Shown in pieces: positions 1-11,693 of a DNA stretch of 64,000 bases (positions within the stretch are counted from its first letter, which is position 1; every line of letters begins with the position of its first letter). The stretch comes from Antedon mediterranea (taxonomy: Eukaryota; Animalia; Echinodermata). The notes under the pieces are model-generated. The model was not told the DNA's origin. It searched no databases and saw only the letters and a program-made list of their open reading frames with translations. The stretch lies in NCBI RefSeq assembly GCF_964355755.1, contig NC_092672.1, positions 18,861,237 through 18,925,236 on the forward strand. Direction: 5' to 3'. The translations under genes and the position numbers were made by a program.

Positions 1-80
1 GTTTCGATCGCCGCTAACCGCGTAGTTCAATCCCTTACTTAGTCTGGGCTCCAGACGGAGTTTTGTCTTAATATTAGTAA

Positions 81-1008
81 AAATATAAATTTTTGCACAT
101 ATGGCGTTTCATACGTGTATTACTTGAGTTTGGATACTCCGTCTGGAGAAACACGCATAAGTCACGTGGTTTGACACCAAGAATTCTTGGTGCATAAATT
201 ATCCAGTTGACTAGTTTCAGCCGCATGCCATTGGCTACTCACTCGCAGGCAGTTTTAATATTCATATTTCAGAATTTCAAAGACTCAACATCTAAGGTGA
301 TACGCATGCGCTATGCTACGTTTAGACAATGTGTACTTGGGTACATTGATGAAAGTTTCTGAAGGCTATAAATGATTTTATATGCCTAGTAGTCTGGTAA
401 ACATTTGATGGAATTTTTCCCAAGAACATGAAAACTCGTCTTGATATGATAGGCATAGCTTCTCCGCCAAATCAAACATTGAATGGATCATATTATGCGG
501 AGATAATTTGATTTTATAATTCCCACCCAAACCCTGTCCTGTTCTGTGTTTGTGGTGGTGTAGCCCTGTTGTGTGCCGGTCGGTGGTGGTATGTACCTTA
601 TTTATTGGCGTTTTATCTGGCAGGTCATACGTACGAGTTGAGTAGCCCTACGAAGGAGGCCTAGGCCAGGACTGAACAATTAATAAACAAAACAACTTGG
701 CAACACGATTTTATATTTCATCAACAGTTGTTCAGTCTCGATCGTACATTCAGCACTGTACGTACTCGATCTTTTTCATTTTGAAACAAAATGATCATTG
801 GTTGATTCGAAATCCATATTTACATACCGCCCGCCCCATATAGCCAAATACGGTATGATAACCTACGTCATTCTTATCGGATGTTTACGGTCTGCAAATC
901 GATTTCTATACGTGTTTCACAAGTCTGTATTTTCAGACAAAAATCGCGGTCGAAATAAAAAAAAATAAAAAAAAAAAAGACAATAAATACAGACTTGGGG
1001 CAAGTCTA
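81..1008. repeat. Interspersed repeat (probable non-autonomous DNA element); internally deleted copy at 22488-22618
   Basis: 81-138 (acatatggcgtttcatacgtgtattacttgagtttggata) and 936-1008 (gacaaaaatcg...aagacaataaatacagacttggggcaagtcta) reappear fused together at ~22488-22618. Confidence 0.45.
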
Positions 1009-1167
1009 TCCCTTATTGAGCACCACCCACTTTTCTTTCAACAATTTTCCACTTAAATCGATTTCCGTTTGTAAACTTGTATATATTTTCTTTGCTTTGT
1101 CTCCACCATTTTAGCTTCTTTATCTGTCTGGCTTTAACACGTGCAAATTCCAATTCTTTGACATTGT

Positions 1168-1914
1168 TTAAATGCTTCCGGGTGTTGTCGCGAACGACAT
1201 GGCTACTTGAACTGACGCCAATATCGGCTTAGGCCTGTTATTATTATTATTACGCACGTCGTTGAAACTCTCGTCTAACCTTTGTTCCATTTCTTTTTCC
1301 TGCCTTTTTAATACTTTTATTGATTCTGTCGATTTTCGAATACTTTCTCTTACTAATCTCTTTTCCGCATCTTTTATTATCTTTTCTGCGTTGCTGGGAT
1401 TTATAGGGCATTTTAATTGTAGGCCCTTCGGCGTGATGTTGAGCCGCTTACAATGTAAAGCAAACACTCGGTGGTTTCGTGTTCGGGCTGCCTTCCTCAC
1501 GATCTTTTTTTGAGCACGCACTAATTTTACAGTATCTTGACCGTATTTCGATCTGATGATATTGAATAAATTCATCTGGTTCCAAATAATATTTTTGTGG
1601 ATTTTTACTTTATGTTGAACCAAAGAAACGAAAAGGAATAAATTACCTTCGTGACGTTTCGTCGACAATCAGCCAGCCGCCTGGTTGGTATTGACGGTAG
1701 AGCTCTACCGTCAATACCAACCAGACGGCTGGTGGCGCTGTTCAGCGTCACTTACAAAAAACCAGACCATTCCAACCCAGGCTTTAGTATGAAGCAGTCG
1801 ACAGATTGTCGACGAAATGTCACGAAGGTAATTTATTCCTTTTCGTTTCTTTGGTTCAACATAAAGTAAAAATCCACAAAATATCATTTGGAACCAGATG
1901 AATTTATTCAATAT
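1168..1914 (-). mobile_element. Penelope-like retroelement fragment: N-terminus of ORF (ATG 1575) plus inverted pseudo-LTR
   Basis: Minus-strand MNLFNIIRSKYGQDTVKLVR...KAARTRNHRVFALHCKRLNITPKGLQLK resembles the N-terminal region of PLE ORFs (recognised from memory, not searched). Inverted arms at 1559-1670 / 1804-1914 and a hammerhead-like motif at ~1787-1822. Confidence 0.6.
1673..1732. repeat. 60 bp near-perfect palindrome nested inside a larger inverted repeat
   Basis: ccagccgcctggttggtattgacggtagag|ctctaccgtcaataccaaccagacggctgg, one mismatch, no spacer. Confidence 0.9.
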
Positions 1915-3475
1915 TTGTATAAGTATTTACATGATGTAGAGAGATTGTTTCTTTTGTGATAACTTTTACAGTAGTGGCAGATACACAGAGAGAGGCGTAA
2001 CTTTACATATAGTTTATTCAAATTTAGATTAACAATCTTAGATAGTACAAATTTATAGCGTTCTAATTGACCAAAAGCTAATGATCTAGGGTACAATTTC
2101 AGGTCTACAGGCAAGTGTTACTAATTTAGAAACTGCTATTATGTATTCTACACTGTTTTGAAGGCCTTACTGAAGTCAGTTAAAACCAAGATTTGAATAA
2201 TCAATTTATAAGAATGTAAAAATGTTTAATATTCAAGTAAAAGCTGATAAAATATGAACAGGACATGCAGTGTTTATTAAAATTTAATTAACGTTTTTGT
2301 ATGAAATTCGATTTGGATTCTTTTTAAATTTGGCTGAATTTAAAAGAATTTTTTTTTGTGCCGTATTATGATTAAAGCCCCTGTTTCGTTCATAGTTAAA
2401 TAGTTGCGCTGTACTACTTTCGAATCTTTGGCTTTTGATGCCAACTCTCCGAGCCGAAAAAACCCTGAAACGCTGTAAGAAATAATGCTTCAAGCAACTG
2501 ACGATGGGATAGTAATGGTTCTATAAATTGCAATGCACCGAGTAGCCTAATCAAGACTCCTTTTGTGATCGGAATCTGTGAGTCCACTCTTGGCGCCCTA
2601 GAATGAATCCTGCGGATAATTTTTGAACGAGGAAAAACCCGCTAGAATACGGTAGGCCCACTAACTTGTGTACGAACGAGATTCATACATGAAAATCAAT
2701 CTTTTATTTTCGATATGAAACGTGTCTAATCGTCGGGTGACAAAATCAAAATATCCCTACACTCAACCCACCCCGCTTCCCGACAATCAGCATGAGAAAT
2801 GGACGAATAACTGTATTGTAGTTCCTAGGAATAGTTGTGGTCATCAATGTTTGGGCAGTTTTTGGGAGAGGTACATTTCATTTCTCAAATGAATAGTTTG
2901 CATTGTGTAGTTATTTCCAAAAGCGAGCATAATAATTATATGTAGATAATCTACTTAAAACTTTAACATAATTTTTCATAGGAAATTTATATGACGCAGA
3001 TGTCGTTATCGAGGAAAAATATTTATTGCAGTGACTTATTATATTTGTTTTTAACACCTAAAATATTATATTAAAACATCACTTTAGGTAAATAGTAAAA
3101 AGAAAGAATAAACAACTTTAAAAATCATATCAAATATACAATATTCTCATTATTTTGCTAGATACAGCACTTTTTCAATTTAGAACCCTGAATTCGCAAT
3201 TAATACATTGTTATTAGTATACCTACTTTCATAGTACAACTCATCTTGACTACGACCAACCTTATTGGCGTTTACTTATTATAACTAAAATATGCCATAA
3301 AAGTTACAAAAAATTTATAAATACAGGAAACACAAATTCTTAACTGTATGGCCACACAAGAAGACCAGATAATATTATAATGATTGGTATACTTAATTTC
3401 CGACCACTGCTACTACAACACTGCAACTGACATCGTTAGTAGAAGTTTGGTAGTATTTTTGTTCACAATATCGAT

Positions 3476-4840
3476 ATGAACCTTTTACGTGTCTCAATGT
3501 TTTGTACGATAATATTATTGAATATAGGCCTTACGTGCTTGGCTTCAGCAAAGGATTTTCTTGAGGAACCTGAGGATGTTAAAGTATTGTTTGCTACAGA
3601 ACATAGATTCAAGTGTACAGTTTCTACTAATAGTACTATACTAAGACATTCATTTTCATGGGTCAAAGATGGTGTGCTCATAGAAGATCAAGATGATATA
3701 TATGAAGGAAGATATTTTATTTTTACAAGCAATATTGTTAGCAATGACGTTTCTGTTCTAAATATTAAAGCCGTTAAAATAGAAGATGAAGGGTATTATC
3801 ATTGTTCTGTTGTACAGTTAAAAACAATGAAAACATTTGATTCTCGACGTGCGAGGTTGACAGTTAAATCGTTACCTAGGCCAATGTTTCCAGTATGCTT
3901 GCCTGCCGATAGCGTTGATGTTCTTGTTGGTACATCAATAAAACTCTCGTGTAAAAGTGAAAACGTTTTTCCTGAAGTAAATTTAAAATGGTACCAAAAT
4001 AGTAATGCAATAAATGATGGAGTTCATACATTTAAAGACGATGAATATGTCATATTAGAACTGATATTATCTGTGAAAAAAGAAGAAAATAATGATGTTT
4101 TTACTTGTCAGCAAACTTCTGAATTAGTACCTAGAAACATTTCTAGCTGCTCTGTCGGACCAATCACCGTTCGTTATAAACCTACTATCATTATTCAACA
4201 TACTGACCAGATATTACCAGGTAGGGATTCTATACTTTTCTGCCAAACCTTTGCAAATCCGCCGGTTACTAATTATAAATGGATATTTAGTCCTAAATTA
4301 AACAGAGACCAGTATTTTGTAGATGAAACAGGTCAGCTTTTAACTCTAACAAATCCAACATTTCAACAGAATGGAACTACTGTAACTTGCCTGGCGGAAA
4401 ATGAAGTTGGTGAAAATTCGTCAACAATTCGGTTACACATTGGAAAGTCGAATATTAATGAGAAAGCAAGTAATGCAGATTCATCTGGAATTCAAAAGTC
4501 AAGTGAAACCATAGATTTATCATTGGATGTAATCATAATCATTGCTGCTGGTGTCGTTATCATTATTGTACTTGTTGTTCTGGTTCCCATATATCATTAT
4601 TGTTTGTGTCGTAATGATAACAATATAATAGTTGATTCTTTAGGAAAAGAAGTAACTCAACCTGAAGTTTATTATGAGACAAGAGAGGGAGTTATTTTAA
4701 GACATACAGTACAAGATCGTTCGTTACCTCGTGTACCTACAACAGAAGTATATGGTCATTGGAGACATTCAACAGCTTCACAGGTTCCTAATGATCTTGA
4801 ATCACATAGTTATACTTATATTGACACAGAAAATGATTGA
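3476..4840 (+). CDS. G1: 3-Ig type-I membrane receptor (subfamily A, most divergent ectodomain)
   Basis: 454 aa uninterrupted ORF. Signal peptide; Ig1 FKC..WVKDG..DEGYYHC; Ig2 LSC..LKWY..FTC; Ig3 LFC..NPPV.YKW..VTCLAEN; TM VIIIIAAGVVIIIVLVVLVPIY; shared tail ending HSYTYIDTEND. Confidence 0.92.
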   Translation: MNLLRVSMFCTIILLNIGLTCLASAKDFLEEPEDVKVLFATEHRFKCTVSTNSTILRHSFSWVKDGVLIEDQDDIYEGRYFIFTSNIVSNDVSVLNIKAVKIEDEGYYHCSVVQLKTMKTFDSRRARLTVKSLPRPMFPVCLPADSVDVLVGTSIKLSCKSENVFPEVNLKWYQNSNAINDGVHTFKDDEYVILELILSVKKEENNDVFTCQQTSELVPRNISSCSVGPITVRYKPTIIIQHTDQILPGRDSILFCQTFANPPVTNYKWIFSPKLNRDQYFVDETGQLLTLTNPTFQQNGTTVTCLAENEVGENSSTIRLHIGKSNINEKASNADSSGIQKSSETIDLSLDVIIIIAAGVVIIIVLVVLVPIYHYCLCRNDNNIIVDSLGKEVTQPEVYYETREGVILRHTVQDRSLPRVPTTEVYGHWRHSTASQVPNDLESHSYTYIDTEND

Positions 4841-5269
4841 TAGCAACTTTCAATTTGAAGAACGTAATAATGGGAATATGATTAACGTATGTGCCTACCA
4901 TTATGAGAAACAATATAATTGTATTTATTCTAATTTATTCACACTAAAGAACTTCATCCTTAGCATTGTACATACGTTTGAGATTTGTTGAATTACGTCA
5001 TCTTTCCATCTATTATAAGTTATTCAGAAATAAGTACAGCTATGAATTATCTGGTCTTGATTATGAAGCATTCATTCACTCATTTCTTATATTTTGGTCA
5101 GTAGGCCTACATAATCCAAACCAAACTTTAATACAGTAACTTGATTTCTTATAAAAAATAAGTATTTCCTATATATTCTAAATTAAGGTCTATTTCTAAG
5201 TCATATAATAATTATATTTATGTCTTTTTTAGGGACATAAACACCATTGTATTTTAGATGGTTATTCAT

Positions 5270-6190
5270 TTTATTTTTATTTCGAAAACTCTGTTCCATA
5301 GAAAGTAAATTACATATAAATGAAATAAATATAATAAACAAAATTACTACTACTCATCTCAGGATGGCATTCCATCTGGAGAGCATCTTCGACTTAACTA
5401 AGACGTTGCTTATAATCGTTGAGATTAAAATATTTTTGCTTGCATTAAGTCTACACATCAGGCCATATATTGATATTCTTAACAATTCATAAAAAGAGGG
5501 AATTCTACATTCCGTAAACATGAGGCCGGCACTGCAATGTCGAGGCCTTTGCAACAACATTTTTAAACCATTATTGTAGCATACCTGGAGAGATCGCAAG
5601 GTACCTTGATTATAGTTGCACCATAATGTAGCACAATACATATTTACACAATATGTTCTAAATAAGAGACATTTCACATTGATAGAACACATACTAAATT
5701 TTCTGACCAAGGAGTTGGCTCGGATACACAAAGATCTGTATTGCCGCTTTATATCAAACTCATCACATACATCCAAGGATATAACATGACCAAGATATGT
5801 GGTTGAGTCAACATATTCTAAGCTTTTGCCATTAATGGTAATACTATGTTTCAATTGAATCCTCCGTGACTTAGGACAGATTATCATACAAGATGATTTC
5901 TTAGCATTGTAAACAATATCATTTTTGGCCGCAAAGCATTCAGAAATTTCAATTAGATGTTGCAACCCTGATGCAGAAGGTGATATAAGCACCATGTCAT
6001 CTGCATACGATAGGTTGTTAAATTTAATATTATTTAACTCACACCCTTCTTTGCTGTTGCTAAGCTTAATGATAAGATCATTTATATATATATTATACAG
6101 ATGGGGAGACATCACTCCTCCCAGTCTAACACCATTTGATACAACATGAAAGGGCTCCGAAAAGGATTTGCCCCATTTAACAATGAAAGT
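5270..6190 (-). mobile_element. 5'-truncated non-LTR retrotransposon (RT C-terminal part)
   Basis: ORF 5354-6115(-) with SPHLYNIYINDL, LSYADDMVL and YLGH RT motifs; upstream reads GVRLGG (degenerate GVxQG). Confidence 0.85.
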
Positions 6191-6223
6191 GTTACGTTTA
6201 TTGGTAGTCTGTTATCTTTATAA

Positions 6224-6387
6224 ATCAAGTAGTTCTCACTAGGCTCACAACCCAAGACGTAAATACAATGTAAGTGATTTGACCAATCATAAGCAATTGA
6301 TTTTTCGAACTGTCCCTTGTTTGGTCAACACACTTGCGTTGCGTCTATGCCATTGCGTTGAGTCTCTAGTGTGGAAACCATGCCTTA
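6224..6387. mobile_element. MITE (Harbinger/PIF-like), degenerate copy of the family at 63412-63579
   Basis: Ends gttctcactag...ctagtgtggaaacca and internal ttgaccaatcataagc are shared with 63412-63579. Confidence 0.55.
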
Positions 6388-7044
6388 GATTTTGAAATAC
6401 GTCTGGATTTAGGAGCAACATGTATAGTCAAGAATGATTCATTCAGAGTTGTTAATTGGAAATTGAAAACATGACTTCTTATTTAAAGGCATTTGACCTA
6501 TTATTTTTTTTACCAGAAAGATCTTTATTACGTTCACAGCCTATTAAAAATATTTTTTTACCTATATTTATACTATTATGTATGTATAGTTATTTGTTTT
6601 TAAAAAACAATTACAGTTTCAATATCAGCTTTATGCTTAATTCATTCGCAATTTGTCAAGTTTCACTACTAGATTTATATAATTATAAATATACAAGTTC
6701 CAGGCTAGTCAATTAATAGGCAATGGATTTAAGAGGTTTCTATAGTCGTGTTTATTGTCATTGTTCTCCTTTCATATGTGTTAAGTTTTTAAATGTATTT
6801 TTCTTTACTTTGAAAATTCATGTTTTAAAATTATTTAAAAAATATCTTGAAAAGAAGTAGTAATACCCTAAAATACAAATAATTATGAAGGCTGTGACAT
6901 GAGTAAACATTGCAAGCACTAAAACGCGTAACACAACACAATTACTGTAGAGCCACTATCTTAATGTTATGAAGAGTTAACAATGTGTATAATTGACATA
7001 CGGTTTTGCAGGCAATCGTCATTACTTTTCTTATAGTTTCAAGA

Positions 7045-8376
7045 ATGAGTTCTATTTTACTTCTTTTAGTTATATTATTGTCGCATTTGGAAAATTGTAA
7101 AGGAATAATTACAACACAACCTTTAGATGAAACCGTTAAAAAAGGAAAAAATCATTGGTTTCCCTGTGTTGCTGATGGAATTGAAAGTGATCAATCACTG
7201 CAATGGTTTCGAAATGGAAAGAGGTTGAACGAAGAACCAAGAATAACTATTGAGAATAATGAAAGTGGGACAAGTAGCATGCTATATATTACTGGAATTA
7301 TCCCAAGTGATGCAGGTCAGTATTATTGCGCAGTTGTAAAATCATCAACGGACGAAAAAATTGCTTCATCAAGAACTGCAACTCTCGTTGTCAAATCACT
7401 TCCCTCGTCCCAGTATCCATATTGTATTTTAGAAACAATACCGATCATTGCTGGATCAAATTTAAAATTATTATGTTTATCGGAGAAAGTGGTACCTCCA
7501 GTAACGTTAGATTGGATGTATCCAATAGATATTCGATATAAAAACACACAACTTATGGAAGATGGAAAAAATATATCGTTAGAGTTAAGCATGACAGCTA
7601 AAAAACAATATAACGGTATTGTGTTTAGTTGTAAACAAGAATCAACTTTAGTACAAAATAACTACACATTATGTTCTGTGGGTCCTTTGGATGTATTATA
7701 TAAACCAGATACTGCTGTACAGTACGCTAGTCCAGCACTACCAGGTCGTGAGACAATTGTATTTTGTCAAACCTCTTCAAATCCACCTGTAACCTCCTAC
7801 CGCTGGTTATTTGATCCGCAACTGTCAGAAGATGAATACAATATAGATGAATCTGGACAAATTTTAAAACTGTTAAATCCAAAAATCAAGCAAACTGGAA
7901 CTAATATATCATGTGTTGCCACAAACGAAGTAGGTTACGGGTCATCATCTGTAAATTTGCATGTGTCATATAACCAGGTGGATTCTGAACATGGATCGAC
8001 GACAGGTGATGAAAATCGTAACGAATTTCAAAGTAAGGAACGCGATATTGGTTTATCATTGGATGTAATTATAATCATTGCTGCTGGTGTTGTTATCATT
8101 ATTGTACTTGTTGTTCTGGTTCCCGTATATCATTATTGTTTGTGTCGTAATGATAACACTATAATAGTTGATTCTTTAGGAAAAGAAGTAACTCAACCTG
8201 AAGTATATTATGAGACAAGAGAAGGAGTTATTTTAAGACATACAGTACAAGATCGTTCATTACCTCGTGTACCTACTACAGAAGTATATGGTCATTGGAG
8301 ACACTCAACAGCTTCACAGGTTCCTAATGATCTTGAATCACATTGTTATACTTACATTGATACAGAAAATGATTGA
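7045..8376 (+). CDS. G2: 3-Ig type-I membrane receptor (subfamily B)
   Basis: The ORF track starts at a TTG; the first ATG (7045) gives signal peptide MSSILLLLVILLSHLENCKG. Three Ig domains, TM, shared tail. Confidence 0.92.
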   Translation: MSSILLLLVILLSHLENCKGIITTQPLDETVKKGKNHWFPCVADGIESDQSLQWFRNGKRLNEEPRITIENNESGTSSMLYITGIIPSDAGQYYCAVVKSSTDEKIASSRTATLVVKSLPSSQYPYCILETIPIIAGSNLKLLCLSEKVVPPVTLDWMYPIDIRYKNTQLMEDGKNISLELSMTAKKQYNGIVFSCKQESTLVQNNYTLCSVGPLDVLYKPDTAVQYASPALPGRETIVFCQTSSNPPVTSYRWLFDPQLSEDEYNIDESGQILKLLNPKIKQTGTNISCVATNEVGYGSSSVNLHVSYNQVDSEHGSTTGDENRNEFQSKERDIGLSLDVIIIIAAGVVIIIVLVVLVPVYHYCLCRNDNTIIVDSLGKEVTQPEVYYETREGVILRHTVQDRSLPRVPTTEVYGHWRHSTASQVPNDLESHCYTYIDTEND

Positions 8377-9485
8377 CATCCAATTTCTTTGACTACATAA
8401 TACATTGGAAAACAATTAATTATAAATATGTGTATGATGAAAGTTCGGGGAACATACTGTACATTCTAATAATTAATTTAGTTTAAATAAATAATTGAAA
8501 TGTGTTTTTTTATGTCAATTGAAATCTAATGCAAAATTAGGCCCTACTATAATCAGGAATGATGGTTTGTATGCATTGGTAATATACAAATACAATTAAA
8601 GAACACTTACTAGTTTGGGTGAACATGTCTGTGTTATCAACAACCGTCCTCAGTTTGAACACAGTTGTTAAACGATGATGGCCGAAATAATAATATTTCA
8701 AATAACTGGTAAATGTTGTTGACTTGTTTTATTTTTTCCCTGAAGTATAATCATTCTAATAGATTGCTTTGATTATTCAAGTTTTCTTTTTGATTGTTTG
8801 AATGCAATCGCAAAAATTTACTTTTGGAGAAAAAATCCAAATTCAAAAACAGTTTATTTTAAATATTTTGTATGTGATCAAAATTACGAGAAATGTAGTT
8901 TTGTGGAACATAATGTTCATCTAGAATATTGTACGCACACCCAAAACATTTTTTGTTGAGAAACATTTCAAAGTATCCAGTGTCAGACAAAAAATATATA
9001 ACACTCGATAAATCATCATAATTTAACCTGTGTTCCTAAATATTAACTTTCAATTTTGTAGCCAGTTTTATTTTTAAACGGTGTCACGTTTATTGTAATA
9101 TAAAACAAATAATAAGATAACTAACTATGGGATAGGAAATTAAATTTTCTATTGTTGTATAAAAACTATAGTATACATTCCTGTCAAGTTTATAAGTCTA
9201 TATTTAAAATTAATTGAATTTGTTTAGTATTCAGATTGACATTAGAATTGTAACTTTATTGTAATAAAATCTTAAATAGAATTACAAAATTACATAAATG
9301 TACAGATACAAATATTAGAGATTTTTTTCTAAAACAAAAACTAGAAGGCGTAACACAACACATTTTTTGTAGAGCCTACATCTTGGTTATAATAGGTGCA
9401 TGCAGGAAATCTTGAATACGATTATAAGGTCACCACTGATATCTTTTTATGTATAAAATACAGACATTGTAAATTAGTACCGATA

Positions 9486-10814
9486 ATGAGTGTTATTCTG
9501 TTTCTAATTTTGTCAGCGTGTTTAAAAAGAATATATTGTGAAGGATTATTTAGAACTCAACCTTCAGATGGTGAAGTACTAAATGGAGAAACCCATTGGT
9601 TTTCCTGTGATTTTAACGAAATTCAAAGTGGTCAATCATTACAATGGTTCCGAAATGGAAAGAGGTTGAATGAAGAACCAAGAATAACAATTAATAGTAA
9701 GAATAGTGGGACAAGTTTGTTATATATTGCTGGAACTATCCCAAGTGATGCAGGTCAGTATTATTGCGCAGTTGTAAAATCATCAACGGATGAAACAATT
9801 GCTTCATCAAGAACTGCAACTCTCGTTGTCAAATCACTTCCCTCGTCCCAGTATCCATATTGTATTTTAGAAACAATACCGATCATTGCTGGATCAAATT
9901 TAAAATTATTATGTTTATCGGAGAAAGTGGTACCTCCAGTAACGTTAGATTGGATCTATCCAATAGATATTCGATATAAAAACACACAACTTATGGAAGA
10001 TGGAAAAAATATATCGTTAGAGTTAAGCATGACAGCTAAAAAACAATATAACGGTATTGTGTTTACTTGTAAACAAGAATCAACTTTAGTACAAAATAAC
10101 TACACATTATGTTCTGTGGGTCCTTTGGATGTATTATATAAACCAGATACTGCTGTACAGTACGCTAGTCCAGCACTACCAGGTCGTGAGACAATTGTAT
10201 TTTGTCAAACCTCTTCAAATCCACCTGTAACCTCCTACCGCTGGTTATTTGATCCGCAACTGTCAAAGGATGAATACAATATAGATGAATCTGGACAAAT
10301 TTTAAAACTGTTAAATCCAAAAATCAAGCAAACTGGAACTAATATATCATGTGTTGCCACAAACGAAGTAGGTTACGGGTCATCATCTGTAAATCTGCAT
10401 GTGTCATATAACCAGGTGGATTCTGAACATGGATCGACGACAGGTGATGAAAATCGTAACGAATTTCAAAGTAAGGAACGCGATATTGGTTTATCATTGG
10501 ATGTAATCATAATCATTGCTGCTGGTGTTGTTATCATTATTGTACTTGTTGTTCTGGTTCCCGTATATCATTATTGTTTGTGTCGTAATGATAACACTAT
10601 TATAGTTGATTCTTTAGGAAAAGAAGTAACTCAACCTGAAGTATATTATGAGACAAGAGAAGGAGTTATTTTAAGACATACAGTCCAAGATCGTTCATTA
10701 CCCCGTGTACCTACTACAGAAGTATATGGTCATTGGAGACACTCAACAGCTTCACAGGTTCCTAATGATCTTGAATCACATAGTTATACTTACATTGACA
10801 CTGATAATGATTAA
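9486..10814 (+). CDS. G3: 3-Ig type-I membrane receptor (subfamily B)
   Basis: The ORF track starts at a GTG; ATG 9486 gives signal peptide MSVILFLILSACLKRIYCEG. Nearly identical to G2 from late Ig1 onward. Confidence 0.92.
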   Translation: MSVILFLILSACLKRIYCEGLFRTQPSDGEVLNGETHWFSCDFNEIQSGQSLQWFRNGKRLNEEPRITINSKNSGTSLLYIAGTIPSDAGQYYCAVVKSSTDETIASSRTATLVVKSLPSSQYPYCILETIPIIAGSNLKLLCLSEKVVPPVTLDWIYPIDIRYKNTQLMEDGKNISLELSMTAKKQYNGIVFTCKQESTLVQNNYTLCSVGPLDVLYKPDTAVQYASPALPGRETIVFCQTSSNPPVTSYRWLFDPQLSKDEYNIDESGQILKLLNPKIKQTGTNISCVATNEVGYGSSSVNLHVSYNQVDSEHGSTTGDENRNEFQSKERDIGLSLDVIIIIAAGVVIIIVLVVLVPVYHYCLCRNDNTIIVDSLGKEVTQPEVYYETREGVILRHTVQDRSLPRVPTTEVYGHWRHSTASQVPNDLESHSYTYIDTDND

Positions 10815-11693
10815 AATAAACAGTTTGTTTTTGTTTTTTCTAATCATAGTAATGATTAAAAAATATTATTTTAACAAATAAAACAATGTATTTGTCAGAT
10901 GTTTTTCAATACTCCGACGTAATTTCACTGAATATACATGTATTGACTATCCAATAATATTACGTAAGTACTATTAGAAGTGTTTGGCAACACCTATAGC
11001 CGTGCCGATTCATTAAAAATCCGCTTCGTAGTTTCTGTAGACTGAAGTTGAACAAATTAGGATCGGTAGGAAAAATTATACAGACGTTTAAGTTGGCATA
11101 TTAATTTGATTATTGTTTGATACATTTTCTATTAGGTAGTCTGTTATACTATGAATATAATTGTGTTACAAATAATTTATTTGTAGCATACATTATTTTT
11201 CGAATTCTACAAAGAGAATTTCAATAATTCGTTTTATTTATTAACTAAAATTATTGAAATGTATTATATATCAGACACATGACCTGATTGTGTTTCTTTA
11301 CAAATGACGTTGACTGCTAAATTTACTTGGCCAGTATCCATAATTTGTGAATTGTTGTTATACTATTAATTTTCCTACGAAGAACCAAAAGTCAATAACT
11401 TTAGTTTAGATCCGCCCTCTTAGAGGACGAACTCAATCATAATGTATGCCACGGGTCGCATAGTAACTCATCTTACGATCTGTGGTCTATGACGCTCGAC
11501 TCAATGAGGTTCTTGACAGAGGAATTTTATCAAACTATATTATTGGACTTTAGCCGTTGTGGGCTATATGCTAGCAGAAAAATTGTTACAATATTAAATT
11601 AAAAGATTTCTCATTTAAACGATTTATTACTTTTCATTAAATCTATCTTACCAAACTATAGACGGATTTGGGATTCACTCAAAACAAATGGGA

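Noticed and set aside
4800-4837. Canonical ITIM/ITSM in the tail
   Set aside because: HSYTYI has His at -2, so it does not match (I/V/L/S)xYxx(L/V/I) or TxYxx(V/I).
4731-4991. Alternative-frame ORFs MYL(Q/L)QKYMVIGD over the tail (also 24372, 27506, 34268)
   Set aside because: They start at GTG, run into unrelated 3' flanks, and are open only in some paralogs.
7006-9485. ORF-track N-terminal extensions of G2 (7006) and G3 (9396)
   Set aside because: They begin at TTG/GTG, not standard eukaryotic starts; the downstream ATGs give clean signal peptides.
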